Assembly (NCBI GenBank): GCA_049969675.1
Contig: JBMFOP010000030.1
Location: forward strand, 1-32,313
Length of the DNA: 32,313 nt
Origin: Myxococcota bacterium
GTDB taxonomy: Bacteria; Myxococcota; SpSt-1050
Direction: 5' to 3'
Shown: positions 8,547-18,779 of the stretch, one piece after another
Layout: the number at the start of each line of letters is the position of its first letter
How positions within the stretch are numbered: position 1 is the stretch's first letter
The notes under the pieces: model-generated
Database searches by the model: none
The model's input: only the letters and a program-made list of their open reading frames with translations
What the model was told of the DNA's origin: nothing
Translations under genes and position numbers: made by a program

Positions 8547-10724
8547 TCACTCTGACAACTGAGTCAGATAATAAAGCACCAGCATAATAACCGCCACAAA
8601 AAATAAAGCAACAAGCAGATATTCAACTCCGATTATGGGGAGGAGGATTAATGGAACCGCGATGGCTGAGAGCATGGCGCCAATACTATCCGAGTAGTCA
8701 ATAATAGAGGCAGTGTAAATGATGGATTCTCTATTTGCATAACTGGTGGCCGTTGAGAGCTTCCCGAAGATTATTCCAGTAAGTGCCCCATTCAGAAATA
8801 ATAATAAGAGCAAAAATATAATTTTTTGATATGGGATGAGCAGGGATATAGGGAGTAAAAGATTTATGGCAAAAAACAGAATAGACGAGTATTTTATTTT
8901 TATAAAAAAGACCGAACCTACAGTCAATCCACTCATAAAAAGTGAGAACAGCAGTGCCATAAAATAATAGATGGTCCCTGCCTCTACCTGAAACTTATAA
9001 ATAATTATAAATTCAACGGCCATTGAGAAGAGACCCTGATAGAACATCAATATACCAGAGGAGAGATACCTACTCTTTTTCAAGAAATATGAGAGTAGAA
9101 TGGGCAACAGAAGAATTGCTATAATCACAATTGTCAATTTATACCACGAATGTAATAGAAACGATTCTCCTTTACTATTTACCGACATCTCCCACAGAAT
9201 AAGATTAAGAAACATACCCTCTGGATTGAGATCTGAATTTATTTTCCCATCCGATTGTTCAAGGATTTTAAGAATTCTCTCATTGTTTTCATTCTGTAGT
9301 GCAAGACTCATAATCTCCGGTTCAAAGTCACAATCTGATATATTTAACTTTTTATATCTTGAAACAAGACTGTTGAGTTCAAGGTCAAAATCTGACTCTG
9401 ACGAGAGAAGATATGTTCGGTCATATTCAAATGGTTTTACCACCCGAAATTGATTCTTCAGGGCACCATAGACCGAAACCAGAAACTCCTTCTTCTTTTC
9501 TGATGGTACAGATGAGACAGAGGGGAGTGAAATAAGCAGAATACCATCTTCTTTCAAAACTTCTTTTACCTCACCAAAAAACTCAACCGAATAAAATCTG
9601 TTTAATTGTAAATTGATTGGCTCTGAGATATCCATTATCACCACATCATATCTCTTCCTCTTGCCCTTAATATATCTTCTCCCATCATCAAAGATAATGT
9701 TAATTTTTGAAAATATTTTTCGAGCATCTACAATATGTTCCTGCAAAAATCTTATCAACCCACCATCATATTCAACATAATCAATCCTTACATCGTGCTC
9801 TTTGATGTGTCTTAAAATATCAAGGGATGCCTCACCCACTATTAATACATCAGTTGCCTTCTCAGGCACAGACATTAAAAGATGAGCCAGAAGTTTATAG
9901 TTATAATCATCACCTATCAGCTTTGAAAATCTGTTGTTTACAAAGAGTGCATACTGCTCAGACCTTCTGGTAAGTATATATCTATTGTAATTCGTATCAA
10001 CAAAAGAGAGAAATTCATATCCCTTATTCTGTCTTAGAAAGGAGTCTTTAATTATTATTTTATCAATATAGAAAGTTGATATAAGTCCAAAAACACACCC
10101 AGACAAGAATAGTACAATTTTAATACATTTATATTCTGGCCTTTGCTGAAAAGCGATTGAAAAAAGAAAGGAAATTCCATACGAGAAGAAGAGCAAAACA
10201 AAATGACCTATACCGATTCCAAATGCAAATATTGCGAGGAGATATCCAATTACAAGCCCCATAGACTCAATACCATAGACCAGAGCCACAATATTTTTCT
10301 TATCCAACACCCCCGAATGTGCACAGAGAAAAGGGAAGGAGATTCCAGAGATGAGAGACGGCAGGCTTATTGAAAGGAGAGTTAGAATTAGCATAATCTT
10401 TACATCCAGAAGCGTACCCGGTGGAATATCAAAGATAAACTTTGCATATCTTAAAAATATTATTGAGAGGGATGAGAAAAAGAAACCAAGTACAGGGAAG
10501 ATATAAGCAGGAGCAGAAATAGTCTTCTTCAGAAATACCCAAATAAAGGCACCAATTGCATTTGATAATAGCCAGATTGAGAGCACCAGACCGATAGATA
10601 TCTCATTCCCCTCAGCGATACAAAGATATTCTCTCAGAAGGACTGTCTGAGTGACAGATAGGGCAGAACCCCAAAGGAGAATAAATATCAGAGACCTATT
10701 TGCTAATGAGAGATTCATTTCCAA
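8547..10724 (-). CDS. Membrane-bound spermidine-synthase-like protein (fused MFS/spermidine synthase family)
   Basis: N-terminal TM bundle (QTVLLRE, GNEISIG, YGIESMG), central Rossmann-like domain (IDYVEYD, DDGRRY, YDVVIMD, NRFYSVEFF, NSDLNP), C-terminal TM bundle. Confidence 0.8.
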   Translation of the reverse strand: MEMNLSLANRSLIFILLWGSALSVTQTVLLREYLCIAEGNEISIGLVLSIWLLSNAIGAFIWVFLKKTISAPAYIFPVLGFFFSSLSIIFLRYAKFIFDIPPGTLLDVKIMLILTLLSISLPSLISGISFPFLCAHSGVLDKKNIVALVYGIESMGLVIGYLLAIFAFGIGIGHFVLLFFSYGISFLFSIAFQQRPEYKCIKIVLFLSGCVFGLISTFYIDKIIIKDSFLRQNKGYEFLSFVDTNYNRYILTRRSEQYALFVNNRFSKLIGDDYNYKLLAHLLMSVPEKATDVLIVGEASLDILRHIKEHDVRIDYVEYDGGLIRFLQEHIVDARKIFSKINIIFDDGRRYIKGKRKRYDVVIMDISEPINLQLNRFYSVEFFGEVKEVLKEDGILLISLPSVSSVPSEKKKEFLVSVYGALKNQFRVVKPFEYDRTYLLSSESDFDLELNSLVSRYKKLNISDCDFEPEIMSLALQNENNERILKILEQSDGKINSDLNPEGMFLNLILWEMSVNSKGESFLLHSWYKLTIVIIAILLLPILLSYFLKKSRYLSSGILMFYQGLFSMAVEFIIIYKFQVEAGTIYYFMALLFSLFMSGLTVGSVFFIKIKYSSILFFAINLLLPISLLIPYQKIIFLLLLLFLNGALTGIIFGKLSTATSYANRESIIYTASIIDYSDSIGAMLSAIAVPLILLPIIGVEYLLVALFFVAVIMLVLYYLTQLSE

Positions 10725-10764
10725 AAATCATAACATAAAATTAAAAGAGACGGGTTACCTTCTG

Positions 10765-12099
10765 TCATCTCTTAGACTTAATCTCCGCTGCTGCCCCACC
10801 ACTGTAAAATCTTATCTCCACAGAATCACCTATCTCAATCTCCTCAGAATTACGAACTGCCTTCTTCCCCTTATATACAACAGAATATCCCTTTTTGAGT
10901 ATATTTTCTGGATTTAAGAGATTGAGTCTTGTGATATTGTGCTCAAGCACCTCTCTCTTCATATCCAGAGAATTGAGAATCGCCCCGCCGAGCCGTAGAT
11001 TAAAACGTTCCACTCGCTCTGAATATGTCCGTACTATATTATATGGTGAGTATCTCTCAAGAGATGTCCGATATTCAGATATTCTATCAGAGTAAATAAT
11101 GAGTTGATTTCTGATTGCGATATTGAGTCGGTTAGTCTTAAGATCCAGGTCCTTTATTCTCAAATCAAATCCCTCCTTATCTCTGTAAAATACATTTATG
11201 AATCGCTTTATTATCTGCTCATATTTAAGAGTATTCTCTTTTATTGCATCCGTTAGTCTCTCCACATAATCCCTGATCACCTGGGCGATCTCCCGCAAAT
11301 CTTTTACGATATATTCCGCTGCGGCTGTAGGTGTAGCCGCCCTGTAGTCAGCTACATAATCTGCAATTGTAAAATCTATCTCGTGACCTATGCCCGTTAC
11401 AATAGGAATCCTGCTCTTTCTAATGGCATATGCCAGAGCCTCATCATTAAAGCAGAAGAGGTCCTCAAACGAACCTCCTCCCCTGATTATTGCAATAACA
11501 TCTACATCTGAATTATCATTAAAGTAATTTATACCAGAGATAATATCTTCAGATGACCCCTCCCCCTGTACCCTTGCACCGTATACTACAACTTTAATAA
11601 ATGGATTTTTATTATAAACTGTCCTCAAAAAATCCCTTACTGCTGCACCATATGGACTTGTTATAACACCTATATGAAAAACATATTCGGGAATTTCTCT
11701 CTTCAACTCCTCTAAGAAGAGCCCTTTTTCAAAGAGCCTTTTCTTTAATTCCTCAAACCTTAGATAGAGATCTCCCAGACCATCCATAACAACCATATCC
11801 ACAATAATTTGATACACACCGCGAGGGGCATATACGGATATAGCCCCACCTACAACAATTCGGCTTCCATCCTTAAAATTTATTTTAATATTCTGTCCTC
11901 TGAATAGAACCGCAGATATCTGACTCCTCTCATCCTTTAGAGTAAAATATGCATGTCCTGCATCAGAGACCCTGAGATTGCTCACCTCTCCTCTCACAAG
12001 GACATACCCAATCTCACTGTCCAGCACTGCACCAATCTTTTCAGTTAGTTCATTTACCGAATATACTCTGTGATTTGAATTGAAAACGAATCTTCCCAT
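10765..12099 (-). CDS. xseA: Exodeoxyribonuclease VII large subunit
   Basis: GEVSN, GHAYFTLKD, GVITSPYGAAVRD, RGGGSFEDL, GIGHEIDFTIADYVAD, AATPTAAAE, LKKGYS. Confidence 0.96.
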   Translation of the reverse strand: MGRFVFNSNHRVYSVNELTEKIGAVLDSEIGYVLVRGEVSNLRVSDAGHAYFTLKDERSQISAVLFRGQNIKINFKDGSRIVVGGAISVYAPRGVYQIIVDMVVMDGLGDLYLRFEELKKRLFEKGLFLEELKREIPEYVFHIGVITSPYGAAVRDFLRTVYNKNPFIKVVVYGARVQGEGSSEDIISGINYFNDNSDVDVIAIIRGGGSFEDLFCFNDEALAYAIRKSRIPIVTGIGHEIDFTIADYVADYRAATPTAAAEYIVKDLREIAQVIRDYVERLTDAIKENTLKYEQIIKRFINVFYRDKEGFDLRIKDLDLKTNRLNIAIRNQLIIYSDRISEYRTSLERYSPYNIVRTYSERVERFNLRLGGAILNSLDMKREVLEHNITRLNLLNPENILKKGYSVVYKGKKAVRNSEEIEIGDSVEIRFYSGGAAAEIKSKR

Positions 12100-13608
12100 C
12101 TAATCTTCTGAGCCCTTATTCTTGCCATTCTCTTTCTTCTGCTCAATATTATATCTCTCAAGCATATTATATAGGGTCATCCTTTCAACTCCTAATATCT
12201 GAGCCACCTTCGTCTTATTATTCTTAAATTCCTTTAAGAGAAGCCTCAAATATCTTGAAGTAAAAGTATCAAGTGTAGGCCTGTCGTCAACGATATTGAA
12301 ATAACTTATACTCCTCTCCCCTTCCTCTATCTTTATATCCTCATTTATTCCTTCGCTCTGATATAGAGGTACCTTCTTCACCCCATTTACAGGAATAAGT
12401 ACATCAGATTCACCTGAAAACTCCTTCTGACCTTTTGTAATATTTCGTGGCAATTCTTTGGGCGTAATTATCCCCTCAAAGCTCAGCGATACAGCCCTCT
12501 CAATAGCATTCTCAAGCTCTCTCACATTACCGGGCCATCTGTATTGCCTTAACATCTCCATAGCTGTGGACGAGATCCCTCTCATAGGTTTGTTCATCTT
12601 AGACGAGAACTTTCTTATAAAGTGATGAACCAACAACTCTATGTCATCTCCGCGCTCTCTCAAAGGCGGGAGCCTCAATGTCAACACATCCAGTCTGAAA
12701 AAGAGGTCCTCTCTGAATCTCCCCTCCTTTACTTCATTCTCAAGGTCTTTATTTGTTGCCGCAATTACCCTTACATCAGCATTCAATATAACATTCCCAC
12801 CTACCCTCTTAAACTCCCCGGTATCCAGCACCCTCAGTATCTGTGCCTGCATCTTTGGTGAGATATCCCCAATCTCATCCAGAAATATAGTTCCACCATC
12901 CGCCTCTTCAAAGAGCCCCCTCTTCTGAGATATCGCACCAGTAAATGCCCCCTTTTCATGTCCGAAGAGTTCACTCTCAAGGAGGGATTCAGCAAGCGCT
13001 GTACAATTTATCACCACAAATGGTCTCTCCGCCCGTCGGGAGTTCTTGTGAATGGATCTTGCCACAACTTCTTTACCTGTACCACTCTCTCCAATGATTA
13101 AGACAGTAGAATCAGTTGGGGCTATTGATGCAACCTGTTTGAAGACATTGATCATCTCCTGACTCTTACCTACAATATCAACACTCTCATATCTCTCTTT
13201 AAGACTATAGGTCAGGGCCTCCTTCTCTCTCAACAGGTCCCTGTGCTCAATCGCCCGTCTGATTGTTAGTTCAGCCTTCTGCAGGTCAAATGGTTTTGAG
13301 AGATAGTCAAAGGCACCAAGTCTCATAGCCATCATTGCATCATCAACCGAACCAAATCCAGTCATCATTATCACGATAATATCAGGGTAATTATTCTTTA
13401 CCCATTTCAGCACCTCATACCCCGATATATTGGGCATCCTTACATCACAGACTACCACATCAATCTTTTTAGTCTTTATTGCCTCAATTGCCTCTCTACC
13501 GTCTGAATATTTATAGATAGAGTATACCTCCAGCTCTTCAAGATATGTAATTAGTGGAGCAATATTTTCAAGTTCATCATCCACAATCATTATATTGGAC
13601 TTCCTCAT
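12100..13608 (-). CDS. Sigma54-dependent response regulator (NtrC/AtoC/ZraR family; REC-AAA+-Fis HTH)
   Basis: REC (IVDDE, CDVRMP, SKPF), Walker A GESGTGKE, ESELFGHEKGAFTGA, FLDEIG, WPGNVRELEN, C-terminal HTH (NKTKVAQILGVERMTLY). Confidence 0.95.
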   Translation of the reverse strand: MRKSNIMIVDDELENIAPLITYLEELEVYSIYKYSDGREAIEAIKTKKIDVVVCDVRMPNISGYEVLKWVKNNYPDIIVIMMTGFGSVDDAMMAMRLGAFDYLSKPFDLQKAELTIRRAIEHRDLLREKEALTYSLKERYESVDIVGKSQEMINVFKQVASIAPTDSTVLIIGESGTGKEVVARSIHKNSRRAERPFVVINCTALAESLLESELFGHEKGAFTGAISQKRGLFEEADGGTIFLDEIGDISPKMQAQILRVLDTGEFKRVGGNVILNADVRVIAATNKDLENEVKEGRFREDLFFRLDVLTLRLPPLRERGDDIELLVHHFIRKFSSKMNKPMRGISSTAMEMLRQYRWPGNVRELENAIERAVSLSFEGIITPKELPRNITKGQKEFSGESDVLIPVNGVKKVPLYQSEGINEDIKIEEGERSISYFNIVDDRPTLDTFTSRYLRLLLKEFKNNKTKVAQILGVERMTLYNMLERYNIEQKKENGKNKGSED

Positions 13609-14702
13609 ATATTCCCCTCTCTTTTATCAATAAATGTAAAGGTAAAGATAGAACCCTTCCCAACAGTACTTTCTAATTCTATGGAGCCCCCCATAACCCG
13701 TGCTATCTCTTTACAGATAGCAAGTCCGAGTCCAGATGCCTTACCCTTATGCTTGGTAGTATAGAAAGGCTCAAATATCTTATCTTTTAACTCACTTGAA
13801 ATCCCTACGCCATTGTCTTCTACTGATATAAAATATGTATTTTCATTTTTTCTACCAGCCGAGACCCTGATAAATCCCTTCCCCTGAATCGCCTCTCCTG
13901 CATTTGAGATAAGATTAATTATCACCTCTCGCAGCATATCCGGGTCAGTATAAACATATGACAGATCTGGCTCTATATTTAGCTCAATGCTTACAACCTC
14001 TTTTGATAGGGATGGAAGTAGAAAATCTATAATTTCAGAGAGAAACTCTTTTATATTTATTCGTTCTGAGTTGTGTCTATCCAGAGTCAGCACATCCAGA
14101 GCCTGTCTTATAATCTTCTCTATTCTTACTATCTCCTGCACAACAATCTCAAGTCTATTCTTCACATCATAATCAAGTTTATTGTTTGCAAGCACCAGTT
14201 GAATATGACCGGCTATTGAATTGAGAGGTGTCCCAAGTTTATGCGCAAGGGTCGCAACCAGATGCCCTAGTGCAATATTCTTCTCCTTCTCTATCACCTC
14301 TTTATTCTTCCTGTTGAGTTCAAATGAGCAGCGATTCACCTCCTCTGTTAACCACCTTATAAATTCATCTCGCTTTGCAATATCTCTCTTTATATCCTCA
14401 TGACTCCTTTTGAATAACTCCAGAATATTGTCAAAAAATTCCGAGTCGACACACTCATCTGGATATTTAAAATGAGGATTCCTAATATAGTCCATCGCCT
14501 TTTTGATATTCTCCTGCATCCATTGTAGATGTCTGTTGATAATAAATTTAACACCGGTCGCAATAAGAGATGAAAAGAAGGCAGAGATCCCCAAAATATA
14601 CAAAAGATATTTCCATTCAAATTCAACTGGCAAAAGAAGGCAGTAAAGTAGCATAGAAACTACAAAGATTGTAAAAATTATTATAATACCCGCTATCCTC
14701 AT
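13605..14702 (-). CDS. Membrane sensor histidine kinase (HisKA + HATPase_c)
   Basis: Two N-terminal TM segments, H-box LAHKLGTPLN, N-box NLISNA, G1 EDNGVGI, F-box IFEPFYTTK, G2 SGLGLAI. 4-bp overlap with the regulator. Confidence 0.92.
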   Translation of the reverse strand: MRIAGIIIIFTIFVVSMLLYCLLLPVEFEWKYLLYILGISAFFSSLIATGVKFIINRHLQWMQENIKKAMDYIRNPHFKYPDECVDSEFFDNILELFKRSHEDIKRDIAKRDEFIRWLTEEVNRCSFELNRKNKEVIEKEKNIALGHLVATLAHKLGTPLNSIAGHIQLVLANNKLDYDVKNRLEIVVQEIVRIEKIIRQALDVLTLDRHNSERINIKEFLSEIIDFLLPSLSKEVVSIELNIEPDLSYVYTDPDMLREVIINLISNAGEAIQGKGFIRVSAGRKNENTYFISVEDNGVGISSELKDKIFEPFYTTKHKGKASGLGLAICKEIARVMGGSIELESTVGKGSIFTFTFIDKREGNI

Positions 14703-15352
14703 CAGTGTTTAAGAGAAATTAGATGGTCAAGTGATTCTGCGATCTTCTCAATCGGGATATTTTTATATCGCTCATTCCTGATAAATATCGTATATGCATA
14801 TTCCATAAATCTATCTCTATCAATACCAGCATCCTTCTTACAGAGTTTCAATCTTTTAAGTAATACCTTCTTAATATTGTCAGGGAAACACAGATATGTA
14901 CTCATTATCCTGCTACGACCTTTTAACACACAAACCCTGCTCTCCACAATCGCCTTTCTCTCTGTATTCTCAATCCTCGGGTCCACATCCACATAAAATC
15001 TATCCTTATCAAATATATCCTCAAGCACAGAGAACTCCTTCTCTTTCTTTGCAATCAAAAATATTGACCTTCTGGATCTAATCATTGCCTCAGCGATAAC
15101 TTTCGTCTCCTCATCAAAGAGGCTTCCTCCATTCTGAAGAATATATTTAATGATTGGTCGCCTGATATATGGTGTATCGGCATCAATCAAAAGCCACTCC
15201 AGAAATGCATTTAACCTCTCTGAATAGAAATCTTCATCCTCATAGATATCTCCAACCTGAGAGAAGAATCTCTTCCTTTGAAGAGCTATCTGATTCTCAT
15301 CAATGACCTCTTCCAGAAATGGATATATCTTTTCTAAAAAGCCCTCTAACAT
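14702..15352 (-). CDS. Hypothetical cytoplasmic protein
   Basis: Open frame packed between pyrC and the kinase. Start reassigned to ATG 15352, directly after the pyrC stop; stop overlaps the kinase ATG by 1 bp. Confidence 0.8.
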   Translation of the reverse strand: MLEGFLEKIYPFLEEVIDENQIALQRKRFFSQVGDIYEDEDFYSERLNAFLEWLLIDADTPYIRRPIIKYILQNGGSLFDEETKVIAEAMIRSRRSIFLIAKKEKEFSVLEDIFDKDRFYVDVDPRIENTERKAIVESRVCVLKGRSRIMSTYLCFPDNIKKVLLKRLKLCKKDAGIDRDRFMEYAYTIFIRNERYKNIPIEKIAESLDHLISLKH

Positions 15353-15353
15353 A

Positions 15354-16625
15354 TTAGAGATCAGAGTAGACAATCCTTCCAGAGACGATTGTTGCAACTG
15401 CCTTCCCTTTCAATTTATAACCATCAAAAGGGGTATTTCTCGCCTTACTCAAAAACCTTGAAGAATCCACAACCCACTCCTTTTTCGGGTCAATAATAGT
15501 AATATTTGCCTCAGAACCTGCTGTCAGGCTATTTGGTGCAATTCCAATTACCTTTGATGGGCCTGTACTGAGCAGATATATTGCCCTCTTGAGAGATATA
15601 ACGCCTTCATTGACCAGATTCAGAATAAGTCCAACTGATGTCTCAAGCCCCGCTATACCGGGTTTTGCAATATCAAACTCAACCTCCTTCTCTGCAGGTG
15701 AGTGAGGGGCATGGTCACTCGCAATACAATCTATTGTCCCATCTTTAATTGCCTTTCTGAGAGCCTGAACATCAAAGCGAGACCTCAGTGGAGGATTTAC
15801 CTTAAGTAAGGTATCATATCCCGAGAGCATATCATCGCTGAGATAGAGATAGTGAGGGGCTGTCTCAGCCGTTATGTGCAGCCCTTTCCTCTTTGCCCTT
15901 TTTATATGGAATAGAGACTCGGCAGTTGAAATATGTGCAAGATGCAATCTACAGCCAGTAAGAGATGATAGCGCAATATCTCTGAATACAATTATCTCCT
16001 CCGCCTGAGGTGGAATTGGCCTCAGTCCAAATCGGGTTGAATATATCCCCTCATTCATAACACCTTTCCCACTGAGATTATGGTCTTCACAATGTGAGAT
16101 TACGAGTAAGTTGTGAGTTGCGGCATACTCCATCGCCCTTCTCAGAATACCACTATTCATCACACTCTTTCCATCCTCTGAAATGGCTATCATCCCTTCC
16201 TGCTTCATACTGAAATACTCACAGAGCTTCTCACCCTTCTGTTCAATCGTAATGGCACCTATCGGCATAACCTTCACACCGTTTGCCATCCGTGCGCGCT
16301 CCATAATAAATCTCGTTGTAGCAGGATTATCATTTGGTGGAACAGTATTGGGCATACAGGCAATTGCAACGAACCCACCAGCGGCGGCTGCCTTACAACC
16401 GCTCTCAATGGTCTCCTTAAACTCCTCACCCGGCTCACGCAGATGCGTATGAATATCAATAAAGCCGGGACACACAATCAGATTTATTGCGCTCAAAACC
16501 TCCGCACCACGGACATTTAAGCTATGCTTTATCTCAACTATCTTACCCCTATCAATCAGGATATCAGCCTTTCTGTCAATATGATGTGTCGGGTCAATCA
16601 ATCTTGCACCTTTTATCAAGAGCAT
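15354..16625 (-). CDS. pyrC: Dihydroorotase (type I)
   Basis: PGFIDIHTHLREPG, MPNT, HCED, HLAHIST, KVNPPLR, ASDHAPH, RNTPF. Adjacent to pyrB. Confidence 0.95.
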   Translation of the reverse strand: MLLIKGARLIDPTHHIDRKADILIDRGKIVEIKHSLNVRGAEVLSAINLIVCPGFIDIHTHLREPGEEFKETIESGCKAAAAGGFVAIACMPNTVPPNDNPATTRFIMERARMANGVKVMPIGAITIEQKGEKLCEYFSMKQEGMIAISEDGKSVMNSGILRRAMEYAATHNLLVISHCEDHNLSGKGVMNEGIYSTRFGLRPIPPQAEEIIVFRDIALSSLTGCRLHLAHISTAESLFHIKRAKRKGLHITAETAPHYLYLSDDMLSGYDTLLKVNPPLRSRFDVQALRKAIKDGTIDCIASDHAPHSPAEKEVEFDIAKPGIAGLETSVGLILNLVNEGVISLKRAIYLLSTGPSKVIGIAPNSLTAGSEANITIIDPKKEWVVDSSRFLSKARNTPFDGYKLKGKAVATIVSGRIVYSDL

Positions 16626-16652
16626 ATAGTTACTCCTTTTTTCTCCCTATTG

Positions 16653-17618
16653 TTATTGTTCTATACTCACCTTCTCTGCACCTCTTAAAAGGAATAAGAC
16701 TGCCATCCTTACAGCCACACCATTCTCTACCTGATTTAATATCACGCATCTTTTGTCATTTACAACATCAGGAGATATCTCAACATTCCTGTTGATTGGA
16801 CCGGGGTGCATTATTATTGCATCCTTCTTCAGATATCTCAGAACCTCCTTATTGAGCCCATATAGCATTGAATATTCCCTGATTGTAGGGAATAACCCCT
16901 CGGTCAATCTCTCAAGCTGGATTCTGAGCATCATCACCACATCTGCCCAGCTCAACGCCTCTTTCAGGTCATAACTCACTCTGACATTCATCTTTTCAAT
17001 AGCAGTTGGAATTAGAGTTTTTGGACCCACCAGCATCACCTCTGCCTTTACCTTGTTAAGACCTATTATATTACTCCTTGCCACTCTTGAGTGCGCAATA
17101 TCTCCCACAATGGCGACCTTTAATCCTTCCAGCTTATGTTTATACTCCCTCATAGTGTACATATCCAGAAGGGCCTGAGTTGGATGTTCGTGCAGACCAT
17201 CTCCTGCATTGAGGACAGAGGCAGATACAATCCTGGAGAGATATAGTGCAGAGCCCGAAAAGGAGTGCCTGATAATCATAAAGTCCGGCTTCATCGCCAT
17301 CAGGGTCTGGGCAGTATCTAAAAGTGTCTCGCCCTTTACAACAGCAGATGCAGACGATGTAATATTGACTATATCTGCTGAAAGCCTCTTTGCTGCTATC
17401 TCAAATGATGTCCTTGTGCGAGTAGATGGTTCAAAGAAGAGATTGATCACAGTCTTACCTTTCAGTGCGGGGACCTTCTTAATATTTCTGAGGGATATCT
17501 CCTTGAACATCTTTGCCTTATCCAGAATCAGATAAATCTCTTTTTCGGAGAGCTGCTCCATTGAGACAAGGTCTTTGTGTGGAAATACACCTTTCTTTAT
17601 AACCTTAGGTATAGTCAT
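16653..17618 (-). CDS. pyrB: Aspartate carbamoyltransferase catalytic subunit
   Basis: [62 protein letters not shown]. Confidence 0.97.
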   Translation of the reverse strand: MTIPKVIKKGVFPHKDLVSMEQLSEKEIYLILDKAKMFKEISLRNIKKVPALKGKTVINLFFEPSTRTRTSFEIAAKRLSADIVNITSSASAVVKGETLLDTAQTLMAMKPDFMIIRHSFSGSALYLSRIVSASVLNAGDGLHEHPTQALLDMYTMREYKHKLEGLKVAIVGDIAHSRVARSNIIGLNKVKAEVMLVGPKTLIPTAIEKMNVRVSYDLKEALSWADVVMMLRIQLERLTEGLFPTIREYSMLYGLNKEVLRYLKKDAIIMHPGPINRNVEISPDVVNDKRCVILNQVENGVAVRMAVLFLLRGAEKVSIEQ

Positions 17619-17623
17619 AATCT

Positions 17624-18172
17624 CTATCTCCTTTCAAGAATAACAGCATCCTCTTTACGTCTTCCCTCTTCTACAAAGATTACATTTACTCTATCCACTT
17701 CCTGTGTCTTAACCTTATAACCGACAAATTCCGCATATACGGGAATCTCCCTATTCCCTCTATCCACGAGTACAGCTACCACAATCTTTTTGGGTCTCCC
17801 AAAATCAATAATCACATCTATCGCCGCTCTAATGGTCCTTCCAGTAAAGAGCACATCATCTATCAAAATAATTATTTTATCATTTACATCAAATAGCAGT
17901 TCTGTCTCACCTATTTCAGGTCGGGATAATGAAGAATCAATATCATCTCTATATAAAGTAATATCTACAATACCTTTCGGTATATCTGTCTTCAACCTCT
18001 TCTTCAAAATCTTATGTATCCTCTCCATAAGATATACACCACCAGTCCTTATCCCAATCAAGGCCAGCCTATCTACTGAACCGGAATAATGCTCTAAAAT
18101 CTGCTCTGCCATACTCTGAATGATATTCTTAATATCATCGCTCTTTAATATTACTTTGGTTCCTCCTTTCAC
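17624..18172 (-). CDS. pyrR: Bifunctional pyr regulator/uracil phosphoribosyltransferase
   Basis: [43 protein letters not shown] start with AGGAGG SD. Confidence 0.95.
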   Translation of the reverse strand: MKGGTKVILKSDDIKNIIQSMAEQILEHYSGSVDRLALIGIRTGGVYLMERIHKILKKRLKTDIPKGIVDITLYRDDIDSSLSRPEIGETELLFDVNDKIIILIDDVLFTGRTIRAAIDVIIDFGRPKKIVVAVLVDRGNREIPVYAEFVGYKVKTQEVDRVNVIFVEEGRRKEDAVILERR

Positions 18173-18188
18173 AATGTCCTCCTATCTT

Positions 18189-18581
18189 TTAATATGCTAT
18201 ATAATTCCCCATCGCAGTATGCTCTGCCGTGATATTTATTATATGTACATAATCAAAGGGGATATACTTTATCTGTTCCTGATAAATTAGCCTCGCCGAA
18301 ACCTTTGAGCGCGAAGGTTCTCTTATTATTACGAGAGCGGTGGGGGGGATATTAAGACCATGCTCTTTCTTTAACCTCTCTGAAAATCTGTTTCTTATCA
18401 GTTCGTCCCTCTTATCTGTAAGTGCCTGATTTGCCGCACCAGAAACCGCCTCTTTTATATCATAATACCTGATTGCCACGGGGACATAAAGATACGAAAG
18501 ATAAAAAACAGAGATTATTACAAGATATATAAGTATCTTTATTATCAATAAACCTTTTTGATTTATAATCTTCATACTCAT
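18189..18581 (-). CDS. Small single-TM protein, DUF4845-like
   Basis: AAGGAGG SD; N-terminal NQKG then a hydrophobic helix ending YVP, followed by a short alpha/beta domain. Family call is by resemblance only. Confidence 0.6.
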   Translation of the reverse strand: MSMKIINQKGLLIIKILIYLVIISVFYLSYLYVPVAIRYYDIKEAVSGAANQALTDKRDELIRNRFSERLKKEHGLNIPPTALVIIREPSRSKVSARLIYQEQIKYIPFDYVHIINITAEHTAMGNYIAY

Positions 18582-18680
18582 TATTCCTCCTTATCCTGCA
18601 AGATTTTAGTTATCATTATTAAATCTGTTATGCAAGTTTATAACGCAACTAACGATTTAGAAAAAAATTTATAAAAATAT

Positions 18681-18709
18681 TTGACAAGCAGATAAATTTA
18701 TATTACTAT
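18681..18709 (+). promoter_or_regulatory. Sigma70 promoter of the Cys-rich lipoprotein gene
   Basis: TTGACA (18681-18686), 17 nt spacer, TACTAT (18704-18709), with an A/T-rich UP-like tract upstream. Confidence 0.7.
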
Positions 18710-18779
18710 GCGAAATGAATTTAAGGTTTTGGACGGAAAGTCCGAGATGTTTATTTCGTTTTTAACAAAGGAGGAACGA

